NCBI GenBank assembly: GCA_965246885.1
Contig: OZ251992.1
Location: 960,001 to 1,024,000, forward strand
Length of the DNA stretch: 64,000 nt
Direction: 5' to 3'
Source: Abditibacterium sp.
GTDB lineage: Bacteria; Armatimonadota; Abditibacteriia; Abditibacteriales; Abditibacteriaceae
Shown here: piece by piece, positions 41,678 to 50,882 of the stretch
Layout of the letters: the number at the start of each line of letters is the position of its first letter
Position numbering within the stretch: position 1 is the first letter of the stretch
The notes under the pieces: model-generated
Database searches by the model: none
Told to the model about the DNA's origin: nothing
Seen by the model: the letters and a program-made list of their open reading frames with translations, nothing else
Translations under genes and position numbers: made by a program

Positions 41678-43741
41678 TTAGCCGTTTCCGATTCCGTTGT
41701 CGAAGGGGGTGGGAGCGCCGCCGGGGGGCGCGAAGCCGGGGTTGACGGGGCCGCCTGCGTTGGGATCGGTGGGGCCGATGCCAAAGCCGGGGTTGACGGG
41801 GGCGTTTGGGTCGGTAGGGGTTCCCACGCCCGGTTGCACGCGCTGGCGGCGGGCGTGGGGCGCGGGCGCGGTGTTGTCCACGACCCAGTTGAACTGGCTC
41901 GTTTGGGTATTGCCCGCGTAATCGCGCACCGACAGCGTCAGACTGCGGGAGCCGTCGAGAAAGCCCGCGTCGTTTTTGACCGGATCAATGAGCGTGACCG
42001 TCAAGACGCCAGAGGTCGGGTCGAAGTCCACGCGCTTGGCATCAACAGGCGTGCCGTCGAGCGCGACAGAAATGCTTTTGGCGTCAATGCCCGATCCGAC
42101 GTCATCGAGCGCCGCCGCGAAGTAGAACGGGCCGCGTCCGGGGACAATCGGCGATAAGTTGTCGCCCACCAGCAGGGCGGCGAGGTTGTTCGCATCATCG
42201 TTGAGCGAGATGGACGGTTCCACGATGCGCGGCGGATCGGAGTCCACACGATCGGATGTGAAGCCATACACCGCCGCGTCGTCGCCCTGCACGAATATCT
42301 GCCCGTTTACAACCGCAGGCGCTGCCGTAATGCTGTACGGCGCGGAGTATTGCAGCGTCGTACCGGCGCTTATTGGCACGTCGGCGCCCGTTCCACCGCC
42401 GCCCGCGAATGGGCCGCCGCCTCCCGGCAAACCGCCGCCGCCGCCCGGCGCCACGCCACCGGGTGCGGCGATGCCGCCGCCGTCGTCTTGGACGAGTTGA
42501 AAGACGGCGTTATCCCCGTCACCGGTGGCGGCACCGCCAAAATTACCTCCCCCGCGCCCGCCGCGCCCTCCCCTGCCCCCGCCGCGCGCGGTGCTCAGGA
42601 GCCGCTCGGTTTTGAGGCGATATTGCCACAATACGGTGCCCGATTTGGGGTTGAGGGCCACGAGCGAGCCGGTGCTTGTGCCCGCGAGCACCATATTGTC
42701 CAGCACAATCGGCGCGCCGGTGAACAACCCGGCGCCAATGCTTTTCCAGCGTTGCGAGCCGTCGCGCGCATCAAGAGCGTAGAAGTTGCCCTCGTTGGTG
42801 CCGTAAAACAAGGTGGGCACGTCGTCCACCACGCGAAAGGCCGGAGTCGCCGACACCGTGCCGCGTGAAGGCACTGTCCACGCCACCCGTCCGCCCGTTG
42901 CGTCGTAAGCAGCAATGCGTGACAACCCCGCTGTCACGACCTTATCGCCCGCGACGACGGGGGTAACGCCCGTCGCGTTGGGAAGCGTGTCGCCCCACGC
43001 CAAGCGGCCCATCTTCACGTCCACGCCATACAAGCGGCCATCGGTAGCAATCACCGTGAGAATCCGGCCATCGGCTGAAAGCGCCATGTTCGAGGCGGGC
43101 GGGTTGCCAAAGCGTCCCAGCGACACGTGCCATTTGGGGTCAACTTGCCCGTCGGGGGTGAACGCCACCAAGTCGCCCGCGTCGGTCGCCACCACGATGC
43201 GCGTGCCGCCAGCCGTTTGCACAACGGTTGGCCCACCGCTCGACACGCCGCCAACGGCTTGGGCTTCCCACTCGCGCCCGCCGTCCCCGGCGCGAAAAGC
43301 GTCTATGGCGCCGCCCTGCGAGGCCGCGATGATGAGGTCGCCGTTGTCCCCCGGAAGGAGCGTCAGGGGGGCCGAAACCGAACTGGACATGGCGGGCGCC
43401 TTCCATTCGGGCACGGGCGCGCCGGTTTGGGCATCTATGCAGTTCACACTCGCGCCGATGGCAAAATAAACGCGCTGTGCTCCGGGCGTGCCCAGCACCA
43501 AAGGCGACGCCGAGAAGGTGGCCGGAGCGCCATCGCTGGTGTAGCGCCAACCGAGCGCAAGTGGAAGTGGAACGAGGGCGTTGGAAGAGCCGGTGCGCTG
43601 GGCGTCGCCGCGCAGTGTCGTCCACGACGTGGCACTAACGGGAACATCTTGCGCGCGGGCAATGGGCGCCAAGATCAGTGCAATGGCGAGCGGCCCGCAC
43701 AATACGAGCAAACGCGGGCGACGAGGCGAGTGATTCAGCAT
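41678..43741 (-). CDS. Secreted PQQ-like (BamB-type) beta-propeller protein with C-terminal Ig-like domain
   Basis: Signal peptide, W...RGDAQRTG, repeated G..YALDA.DG..RW blades, D.GSGID..SI.V.LDG and DYAGN. Confidence 0.85.
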   Translation of the reverse strand: MLNHSPRRPRLLVLCGPLAIALILAPIARAQDVPVSATSWTTLRGDAQRTGSSNALVPLPLALGWRYTSDGAPATFSASPLVLGTPGAQRVYFAIGASVNCIDAQTGAPVPEWKAPAMSSSVSAPLTLLPGDNGDLIIAASQGGAIDAFRAGDGGREWEAQAVGGVSSGGPTVVQTAGGTRIVVATDAGDLVAFTPDGQVDPKWHVSLGRFGNPPASNMALSADGRILTVIATDGRLYGVDVKMGRLAWGDTLPNATGVTPVVAGDKVVTAGLSRIAAYDATGGRVAWTVPSRGTVSATPAFRVVDDVPTLFYGTNEGNFYALDARDGSQRWKSIGAGLFTGAPIVLDNMVLAGTSTGSLVALNPKSGTVLWQYRLKTERLLSTARGGGRGGRGGRGGGNFGGAATGDGDNAVFQLVQDDGGGIAAPGGVAPGGGGGLPGGGGPFAGGGGTGADVPISAGTTLQYSAPYSITAAPAVVNGQIFVQGDDAAVYGFTSDRVDSDPPRIVEPSISLNDDANNLAALLVGDNLSPIVPGRGPFYFAAALDDVGSGIDAKSISVALDGTPVDAKRVDFDPTSGVLTVTLIDPVKNDAGFLDGSRSLTLSVRDYAGNTQTSQFNWVVDNTAPAPHARRQRVQPGVGTPTDPNAPVNPGFGIGPTDPNAGGPVNPGFAPPGGAPTPFDNGIGNG

Positions 43742-43805
43742 GATAGAGAATAAAGATAAACGGTTGACGGTCTCGAAGCGGCTCACAAATTCTGTCTCAG
43801 AAGTT

Positions 43806-44453
43806 CTACAAAAGCGGCACAAGCGGCGGGTTTTGCGATTCGCGGATGGCAAAGCCTTTGGGCGGCACGAATTGCGCTCCCGCGACGCTCGCAAGTTTGG
43901 CGTAATGGCTCCACGAGGCGACGACGCGCAAGCCGCCGCTGGTGGCTTCGAGGCGCAAAGGCAGGGAATCGGAGCGCCGGAGCCACGCGCGCGCTTTGGC
44001 GAAGCGTTGGTTGGGGCGCGCGACATCGAAGATTTCAACGGGGACGCCATCCAAGACCCCCACGCCCGCGCGCTTGGCGCCGTTTTGCAAGAGGGCGGCG
44101 CGCATTTGGGCGGGGCTGCGCAGCAGTTGTTGTGGGTCGAAGCCGCCGAAGTCACTGCCTCGCACTTTGGACAAGTTCCACTTCACGCCCGCTTTGGCGT
44201 CGGGCAATAAGCGGTAAACAAAGGGCGGCGTGTAGAGAACGACGGAGCGTCCGGCGCCGCCGTTGGTTTCGACGCGCGCCTTCGAGCCGCTCAGCGTGAC
44301 ATGCGCGCGCACGGTTTGTGGGGGAAACTGGCTTTTGCCCGTCGCCATCACGCGGGCGGTGACGTCGAAGCCCAAACCGGGCGCTGCCTGCGCGCGCGAA
44401 CAGAGTAAAAGGGCGGCGCAGATCAAAGGGGGGAGAAAAAAGGCGAGTTTCAT
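43806..44453 (-). CDS. Secreted LolA/DUF4412-like protein
   Basis: Signal peptide MKLAFF...AQA; K.RVE, W....DSLPLR and F.PPKG..I C-terminus. Confidence 0.6.
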   Translation of the reverse strand: MKLAFFLPPLICAALLLCSRAQAAPGLGFDVTARVMATGKSQFPPQTVRAHVTLSGSKARVETNGGAGRSVVLYTPPFVYRLLPDAKAGVKWNLSKVRGSDFGGFDPQQLLRSPAQMRAALLQNGAKRAGVGVLDGVPVEIFDVARPNQRFAKARAWLRRSDSLPLRLEATSGGLRVVASWSHYAKLASVAGAQFVPPKGFAIRESQNPPLVPLL

Positions 44454-44493
44454 GGTGTGTTGTGCCGAAGCAACCGCGTGTGCAGGAGATTTT

Positions 44494-44976
44494 ATGAAAC
44501 CTTTGCTGGAAGTGAGTGGCGCGCTCTGCGTCGAGTATCGTATTCGCGCGGCATCTCTCGATAGTGATGCCCGGCTTATCCAAGAGGAGCGGCGCGTCGC
44601 AGGCGGCGAGGCGGGCTGGTGCGCTTTGGCAGGTGCGCGCGTGGGCGCGGCGGTGCGCGTGACTGGCTGGGTCGGCGACGACGCGCACGGGCGCTTTTTA
44701 CTCGCGGAATTGGGCGCGGCGGGAGTGGAACTCAATGTCGAAGTGCGTCCGGGAATCGCAACGCCGTACGCCATCTTGATTCGCGCGCCCGATGGCGCCG
44801 TGCAAACGCTGCTGTCGCCCGAAGCGGCGCGCTCCGGGGACGCAGGCGCCCAAGCGCAGTTGCTCGAAACCCTCGCGCGAACGCTGGGCGAAGTCTGCGC
44901 GGCGGGCGAGGTCGCGCGGCGGTTGCGAGCCTTTGAAGCCGGATTTGGCGACTTGTCGGCGCTCGATGGTGCTTGA
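44494..44976 (+). CDS. Truncated PfkB/ribokinase-like protein (N-terminal lid region only)
   Basis: AGGAG RBS; GG....A.A.AR.G...G.VGDDAHG..L..EL.AAGV motif; no DTTGAGD motif. Confidence 0.6.
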   Translation: MKPLLEVSGALCVEYRIRAASLDSDARLIQEERRVAGGEAGWCALAGARVGAAVRVTGWVGDDAHGRFLLAELGAAGVELNVEVRPGIATPYAILIRAPDGAVQTLLSPEAARSGDAGAQAQLLETLARTLGEVCAAGEVARRLRAFEAGFGDLSALDGA

Positions 44977-45064
44977 ACGGAAGCGGAAGCCCCCGGTTTG
45001 ACAGGGCTGTGCCGGAGCAAACTTTGCCCGCCGTGCCAGATCGCCGGGCCGGGGAATTCACCCG

Positions 45065-45190
45065 CCCGACTAATTCTTTGGCTGCCGCGCCCCGGTGGAT
45101 GAATGGCGCGCCCCGGTGGATGAATGGCGCGCCTAATTGTCCGATCGCCCGGCCAAATTTTCTGCGTGCCCAACCCAGTCATTTGTCCGC
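45065..45190. repeat. Degenerate 21-bp-period tandem repeat
   Basis: cgcgccccggtggatgaatgg twice (45086-45127), with diverged in-phase units on either side. Confidence 0.8.
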
Positions 45191-45342
45191 ACGGCTTGGA
45201 TAATCAACAACTGGCCCGCCCGCAATGACAAGCGACTCTGCGGACTTTCCCCGCTTTCCCCCGCGAAACGCGAAGCGCGCAGTTAGGGTTAGGCGTCGGG
45301 AAGGGGCAATCCTGCGGCTCGTCGCTTGCGGAGAACTCCATT

Positions 45343-45879
45343 ATGGCTTTGATTGAAATGACTGTCGAGGGCATCGGGATTGACCCGTCCAATAACCCGC
45401 TCGTGTTGCTCCGGGACGCCGAGCGCAAAGTGTTCGTGCCGATTTGGATTGGCCCCGCCGAGGCGGTTTCGATCCAGATGGAACTTAACGCGCAGGCCGC
45501 GCCGCGTCCGATGACGCACGACTTGATGGTGACGCTTTTGCACCAACTCAACGCGAAGCTCGTGCGGGTGACGGTCAACGAATTCTCTGACTCCGTTTAT
45601 TACGCGTCGCTCCATCTGCAAAGCGACAAGAACGGCGCGACCCACGAGATAGATGCGCGCCCCTCCGACGCCATCGCGCTCGCGCTTCGCACGCAAGCAC
45701 AGATTTGGGTCAGCGACGAAGTGGCGCTCAAGGCGGGCATTTTGGTCGAGGAAAACTCGCCGCTCGCGCTCCCCTCGTCCTCGCACGAAGAAGCGGCCTT
45801 GGTGGATGACGCGGGCGAACTGGATAGGTTGGAGCGGTTGCTGGACGGCGTGAATCTGGGCGACGACAAGCGAAAATAA
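45343..45879 (+). CDS. Bifunctional nuclease family protein (DUF151)
   Basis: PIWIG..EA, RPMTHDL and IDARPSDAIALALR. Confidence 0.92.
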   Translation: MALIEMTVEGIGIDPSNNPLVLLRDAERKVFVPIWIGPAEAVSIQMELNAQAAPRPMTHDLMVTLLHQLNAKLVRVTVNEFSDSVYYASLHLQSDKNGATHEIDARPSDAIALALRTQAQIWVSDEVALKAGILVEENSPLALPSSSHEEAALVDDAGELDRLERLLDGVNLGDDKRK

Positions 45880-45971
45880 TCACAGAGAGTTTTGAACATG
45901 GGGGGCAATAGGGCGTCTGGGCCTTTGACTTCGCCGCTTCGGGCGGCTTGGAGCCAACCCAAGGAAAACCC

Positions 45972-46457
45972 ATGCAACTCAAATCCCGCGTTCTCGCCCT
46001 GCCCCTTGCGGCCATTCTCGCGTCCGGCGCCCTGCTTTCGGCCACCCCCGCCGAGGCCAGAACCAAAAGCAAAGACTACAAAACCGGCGCCATTGCTTTG
46101 GGCGCGCTCGGCGCTTATCTCATCGCCAAAGGTAAGACCGGCGTCGGTGCCGCCGTGTTGGGCGGCGGCGTCCTCGCTTACAACAAGAGCGAGCAACTGC
46201 GCAAGCGCGAGCGCAACGGCTACTACAACCCCCGCTACAACAGCAACTATCGCTATAACCCCACCAACAACGGGAGCTATGGCAACGGCAACTCCGGCTA
46301 CTATAACGGCAACAACGACTACCGCTATGACAACGCTCCGGCCAACAACTATAGAAGCAACGACAACGAGGGCGATTCGGACGAAGGAGAGCATGAAGGA
46401 CGCGGCCATCATTCGCACGGCAGAGGCCACCACTTTGGGCACTCCGAAGATCGCTAA
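45972..46457 (+). CDS. Secreted hypothetical protein with glycine-zipper-like segment, Asn/Tyr-rich region and His-rich tail
   Basis: AAGGA RBS, signal peptide, GAIALGALG/GVGAAVLGGG, low-complexity C-terminus and own terminator. Confidence 0.75.
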   Translation: MQLKSRVLALPLAAILASGALLSATPAEARTKSKDYKTGAIALGALGAYLIAKGKTGVGAAVLGGGVLAYNKSEQLRKRERNGYYNPRYNSNYRYNPTNNGSYGNGNSGYYNGNNDYRYDNAPANNYRSNDNEGDSDEGEHEGRGHHSHGRGHHFGHSEDR

Positions 46458-46463
46458 ACCCCC

Positions 46464-46495
46464 AAAACCCCCGGCTCATCGAGCCGGGGGTTTTT
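46464..46495 (+). terminator. Intrinsic terminator
   Basis: aaaacccccggctc-atc-gagccgggggttttt. Confidence 0.85.
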
Positions 46496-46503
46496 CGTCC
46501 GTG

Positions 46504-46533
46504 TTGACCCGCGAGTGCTAAAAGCTGTAAAAT
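46504..46533 (+). promoter_or_regulatory. Probable sigma70 promoter for yceD-rpmF-plsX
   Basis: TTGACC-18 bp-TAAAAT. Confidence 0.55.
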
Positions 46534-46663
46534 GTCAGGGCGCCGTCGCAAAGCGCCTCGCTTTGGCGGGGCGGAAAAAGCAGGGGCAACGCAGAGCATC
46601 GGTTTTGCGTTGGTTTTGTGTGTCTTTCACCCCGCCCTTGAAAAAGGGGCAGGAGATGGCGTT

Positions 46664-47185
46664 ATGAACCTTGATTTGTTGGAAATTTTGCGCGAACCGG
46701 GCGCACATATCGAGCGGGCAATTGCGATTCCGGCTGGCCTTCTCAAAGACGAGTGGGAATTAGCAGAACCCGTGACGGGACAAATTCGCGTGGCAAACGC
46801 GCGGCAGAACATCGTCGTGCGTGGGCACGCGACCACTGCGGTGGTGCTCCAATGCGCGCGCTGTTTGGGCGACTTCGGCTTTCCGGTCGAACTTGACTTG
46901 GATGTTGTGGTGCCGCTCTCCACGTTCAACGCGCAACTGGGCGCCATGCGCGTAAGCGACGACGGCGTGGAGGGGATGGAACTGTCGCCCGACGACATCG
47001 CGCTTTTGTTTAGCGAACACGCTCTCGATGTCGAGGAGTTGGTGCGCCAAGCCATCGTGCTCGCGATGCCGATTCAGCCTTTATGCAAACCGGACTGTCC
47101 CGGCTTGCCCGAAGCGAAAGCATACGTCGCGCGCGAAGCTGACCCGCGCTTGTCGGCTTTGAAAAATTTGATTAGTCCCAACTGA
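46664..47185 (+). CDS. yceD: YceD/DUF177-family protein
   Basis: CARCL and LAMP.QPLCKPDCPGL, DPRLSALK; conserved position before rpmF. Confidence 0.9.
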   Translation: MNLDLLEILREPGAHIERAIAIPAGLLKDEWELAEPVTGQIRVANARQNIVVRGHATTAVVLQCARCLGDFGFPVELDLDVVVPLSTFNAQLGAMRVSDDGVEGMELSPDDIALLFSEHALDVEELVRQAIVLAMPIQPLCKPDCPGLPEAKAYVAREADPRLSALKNLISPN

Positions 47186-47280
47186 GCGGCTGGCCTTGTG
47201 TCGTCGCCGTGAGGAGTAAGAACTGAAAATGTGAAAGGGGGCGAGCGGCCAAGTGCCGCTCGCCCCAGAGGAATAAAATT

Positions 47281-47484
47281 ATGGCTTTACCAAAACGTCG
47301 GAAATCGCACGCCAAAGTGCGCACCCGCCGCGCCCATTGGCGCGCGCAACCTATCACCATGACCAAGTGCCCCAACTGCACGGCGGTCATCCAACCGCAC
47401 CGCGCGTGCCTGACCTGCGGTCACTATAATGGCCGCGCTGTCATGCCGCCCAAATCCAAGACCACCGCGCGCGGCGACGACTAA
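47281..47484 (+). CDS. rpmF: 50S ribosomal protein L32 (zinc-binding form)
   Basis: MALPKRRKS...RRAH, CPNC...PHRACLTCGHYNGR. Confidence 0.97.
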   Translation: MALPKRRKSHAKVRTRRAHWRAQPITMTKCPNCTAVIQPHRACLTCGHYNGRAVMPPKSKTTARGDD

Positions 47485-47488
47485 CCCC

Positions 47489-47579
47489 AACGCGGAAGTT
47501 GGAAACCGGAACGCGCAAAGAAGAACAGGGTGTCGCGGCCCGGTTTTCTTTTTCCGGTTTCCAACTTCCGCGTTTTTTT
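47489..47579 (+). terminator. Long inverted repeat plus U-tract between rpmF and plsX
   Basis: Perfect 23-bp arms at 47489-47511 and 47552-47574, followed by a T-run ending at the plsX ATG. Confidence 0.6.
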
Positions 47580-48617
47580 ATGCGAATTGCCATTGACGCG
47601 ATGGGCGGCGACTTCGCACCCGCCGAGGTTGTCGCGGGCGCCCTCGAAGCCGCGCGCGCAGATAACGACACGCATATCTTGCTCGTGGGCGACGAGGTCG
47701 CCGTGCGTGCCTTGTTGCCCTCGCCGTTGCCCGCCAATATCGAAGTCGTGCCATCGAGCCAAGTCGTCGAAATGGACGAATCGCCCGCGCACGTCCTGCG
47801 CGCCAAGAAAGATTCCTCGCTCGCGGTCGCCACGCGCTTGCACGCCGAAGGAAAGGCCGACGCGTGCTTAAGCGCGGGCAACACCGGCGCTGCGGCGGCG
47901 TTCGCGCTTTTCACGTTGGGCCGCATTGAAGGCATTGACCGCCCCGGCATTGCGACCGTTTTTCCAACTGCTTCCACGCCGTGCGTCCTGATGGATGCGG
48001 GCGCGAATGTGGACTGCAAGCCGCGCCACCTCGCCGATTTTGCGCTCATGGGCGCCGCCTACGCGCCCGTCATACGCGGTATTTTGCCCGACGAAGGCGC
48101 GCGCAACTCCCAAAAGCCCGTCACCGTCGGCTTGCTTTCCATCGGCGAGGAAGATTCCAAGGGCAACGAGTTGGTCAAAACCTCCCGTGAAGGCATCGCC
48201 GCCAACGCCGCGCGCGGCCACTTCCAGTTTGTCGGCAACGTCGAGGGCCGCGATATCCCCAAGGGCACCGCCGATGTCGTGGTGTGCGACGGCTTCGTGG
48301 GCAACGTCGTCCTCAAACTCGCCGAAGGCTTCGCTTCCTTGTTTCTGGGCGGCCTTAAAGACGCGCTCATGGCCTCGCCACAATCGAAGTTGGGCGCCCT
48401 GCTCCTCGCGCCCGCCCTGCGCCGTATGAGAGGACGCTTCGATCACGCCAACTTCGGCGGCGCCGCGTTACTGGGCGTCAAGGGCAATTGCATTATCTGT
48501 CACGGCTCGGCCAAAGCCAAGGCTATCGCGTCGGCTATCCGCGTCGCCAAAGTCGTCGTTGCCGCCCGCGTCCCCGAAGCCATCGCTCGTGCCGCCGCCA
48601 TCCCGCCCAACAAGTGA
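47580..48617 (+). CDS. plsX: Phosphate acyltransferase
   Basis: MRIAIDAMGGDFAP, SAGNTGA, DAGAN, GEE..KG, DGFVGN..LK..EG and HGS. Confidence 0.96.
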   Translation: MRIAIDAMGGDFAPAEVVAGALEAARADNDTHILLVGDEVAVRALLPSPLPANIEVVPSSQVVEMDESPAHVLRAKKDSSLAVATRLHAEGKADACLSAGNTGAAAAFALFTLGRIEGIDRPGIATVFPTASTPCVLMDAGANVDCKPRHLADFALMGAAYAPVIRGILPDEGARNSQKPVTVGLLSIGEEDSKGNELVKTSREGIAANAARGHFQFVGNVEGRDIPKGTADVVVCDGFVGNVVLKLAEGFASLFLGGLKDALMASPQSKLGALLLAPALRRMRGRFDHANFGGAALLGVKGNCIICHGSAKAKAIASAIRVAKVVVAARVPEAIARAAAIPPNK

Positions 48618-48740
48618 AGCGTTGCGGCTTATCGCTCTTTAGCGCAATTCGCAACTTAAAGGGCCAAAAGCGTTCTATGTGATGCTTGATTTTTGCGGGA
48701 GCAACTTGCGGCACGCCGTTGTTTCTTGCGCGTCCAAGCC

Positions 48741-49652
48741 ATGCGCCAGTTTGAAATTCCGATGTCTTCCGGCGAAACCACCTCGCAACTCGCCGGGCCA
48801 AATCCTGCGCCCGACGCCCCCTCCAACGCCCCCAAGCCCGCGCCCCCGCGCCCGCAAGTGCGTGCCGCCCCCTCGCGTGTCGTGAAGTGCTACCTTTCCA
48901 TCCTCGTCCCCGCTTACAACGAAGAAAAGCGCTTGCCCGATACGCTCGACGCCATTGCCGACTACCTCAAAAGGCGCGACTTCTCGCACGAACTGCTGGT
49001 TGTGGACGACGGCTCGCGCGACAAAACCCGCGATGTGGTGCGCGAGTTCGCCCAAACCCGCCCTTGGGTGCGTCTCGTTTCTTACGATGACGACGCCGGG
49101 AAGCCGCTTAACCGGGGCAAAGGCTTCGCCGTGCGCGCCGGGGTCGAATCCGCCGTTGGCCGCGACATTCTGTTCACCGATGCCGACCTTTCCACGCCCA
49201 TCGAAGACATGGAGCGCCTTTTGCCGCCCATCTCGCGCGGCGACTGCGACATCGCCATCGCTTCGCGCGCCTTGCCAGAGTCGAACTTGGCCGTTCATCA
49301 GCCCAAACACCGCGAACTGATGGGCCGCACTTTCAACAAGATCGTGCAACTGCTCGCCGTTCCCGGCGTGCAGGACACCCAGTGCGGCTTTAAAGCCTTT
49401 CGCGGCGACGTTGCCAAGCGCTTGTTCGCCCTCGCGCACATTGAGGGCTTTGGCTTCGACCCCGAAATCCTCTTCCTCGCCTCGAAATACGGCTACCGCA
49501 CGCGCGAAATCCCCGTGACGTGGCGGCACTGCGACAACTCGCGCGTCAACCCACTCACCGCGCCCATCTCGATGCTGCGCGAACTGTTAGAAATTCGCTG
49601 GAACGACGCGCGCGGGATGTACGACGAAGACGTCAAACAGTTGGGGGGTTGA
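48741..49652 (+). CDS. GT2 glycosyltransferase (dolichyl-phosphate beta-glucosyltransferase-like); start 48741 or 48762
   Basis: PAYNEEKRL, VDDGSRD, NRGKGFAVR, DADLSTP and DTQCGFK. Confidence 0.9.
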   Translation: MRQFEIPMSSGETTSQLAGPNPAPDAPSNAPKPAPPRPQVRAAPSRVVKCYLSILVPAYNEEKRLPDTLDAIADYLKRRDFSHELLVVDDGSRDKTRDVVREFAQTRPWVRLVSYDDDAGKPLNRGKGFAVRAGVESAVGRDILFTDADLSTPIEDMERLLPPISRGDCDIAIASRALPESNLAVHQPKHRELMGRTFNKIVQLLAVPGVQDTQCGFKAFRGDVAKRLFALAHIEGFGFDPEILFLASKYGYRTREIPVTWRHCDNSRVNPLTAPISMLRELLEIRWNDARGMYDEDVKQLGG

Positions 49653-49702
49653 AGTCGCTCCCGCGTTTAAATTCGCATTTCTAAAGCACAAATAGAAGCC
49701 AC

Positions 49703-49739
49703 CGAAGCCGCGCTGGGTTTCGGCGCGGCTTCGTGTTTT
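49703..49739 (+). terminator. Probable intrinsic terminator
   Basis: cgaagccgcgc...gcgcggcttcg followed by tgtttt. Confidence 0.6.
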
Positions 49740-49796
49740 CTGGCGCCAGAGAAATTTCCGAAAAATGTTTAAAAGGGCGGCGAGATGGGCATACTG

Positions 49797-49812
49797 TTCA
49801 ATACGCATTGAA
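49797..49812. promoter_or_regulatory. Candidate LacI-family operator
   Basis: Near-palindrome TTCAATA-CG-CATTGAA directly after a CATACT -10-like box, upstream of the LacI gene. Confidence 0.55.
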
Positions 49813-49838
49813 AAGAGTCGTCTGCAATGCCGAGGTTT

Positions 49839-50882
49839 ATGCCAGTCACGCAAAAGCAGATCGCCGACCAGTTGGGATTGTCTCAGCCCATTGTCGCTCA
49901 GGCACTGGGCGGACATCCGGGCGTGGCGGCGGCGACGCGACAGCGCGTCGAAGATGCGGCGCGCGAATTGGGATACGATGCGTTTTCCAACGGCTCGGCC
50001 CGTTCCCTCGCGGCGCGGCGCTTTGGCAAGCGGGCTAAAACCGGGACTCTGGCGATTTTGATGGGCGACTATTTCGAGGGAATGGCGCTGGAACAAGTGC
50101 CCTTTTTCCGCGAGTTGTTGGAAGGCTTTCACGCCGGAGCCAAGGAGCAGGACGTGGAGTTGTCGCTGTGCTTGCAAGCCCCAACGCCACTCAACGTTCC
50201 GCGCACGGTGCTACACGGCGAAATGGACGGCGCGCTGTGCGTCTATCGCGCTGATATGAGCGCGCTTTTGCGCTCCCACACGTTGCCCATTCCGGTTTTG
50301 CGAGTGGGCGACGCGGCGCCGGGCGAGTTCGCGGTGCTGGCTGATGATCGGAGCGGCATATTACAAGCGACGCGCCACCTCATCGAGTTGGGCCACACGC
50401 GCATCGCCTATGTGGGCGACTTGCGGCTTGATTCGCCGAATGTGTCTTACCAAGAGCGTTTGGCGGGTTATCATTGCGCTCTCGAAGAAGCGGGATTGCC
50501 TTTTGATGCTGCGCTCGTCGTGAGCGACATCGGAGAACCAACCAAACGGGCGGGCGCTTGGGGATTCGACACCCTGCGGGGGCGCGGCGTGAAGTTCTCG
50601 GCGGCGGTTTGTTTCAACGATCAATCGGCGCTGGGTTTCATCGGACGCGCCCAAGGGTGCGGCTTGCGAGTGCCCCGCGACTTGAGCGCAACGGGCTTCG
50701 ACGGCGGCAGCGAAGGTTTGCCTTCAGGTGACCGCCTGACCAGCGCCAGTTTCGACCGGATAGAGATGGGCCGCCGCGCCATCGAACTGCTGTGCGAAGC
50801 CGTCAACCACGACGGCCAACCACGTCCAACTTGCATCGTGCCAACGCAACTTCGCGTTGGCCACACAACCAAGGTTCTTTAG
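49839..50882 (+). CDS. LacI-family transcriptional regulator
   Basis: TQKQIADQLGLSQ..V..AL HTH, AA.ELGY, HLIELGH.RIAY, ND..A.G and VPRDLS.TGFD. Confidence 0.92.
   Translation: MPVTQKQIADQLGLSQPIVAQALGGHPGVAAATRQRVEDAARELGYDAFSNGSARSLAARRFGKRAKTGTLAILMGDYFEGMALEQVPFFRELLEGFHAGAKEQDVELSLCLQAPTPLNVPRTVLHGEMDGALCVYRADMSALLRSHTLPIPVLRVGDAAPGEFAVLADDRSGILQATRHLIELGHTRIAYVGDLRLDSPNVSYQERLAGYHCALEEAGLPFDAALVVSDIGEPTKRAGAWGFDTLRGRGVKFSAAVCFNDQSALGFIGRAQGCGLRVPRDLSATGFDGGSEGLPSGDRLTSASFDRIEMGRRAIELLCEAVNHDGQPRPTCIVPTQLRVGHTTKVL

Noticed and set aside
46513..46521. CIRCE element (GAGTGCTAA)
   Set aside because: Only the right half-site is present; the position for TTAGCACTC does not match.
50880..50882. 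Genome-wide TAG recoding or pyrrolysine
   Set aside because: Other genes (topA, prmC, ArnT-like) end normally at TAG with full-length products, and no pyl genes are seen.
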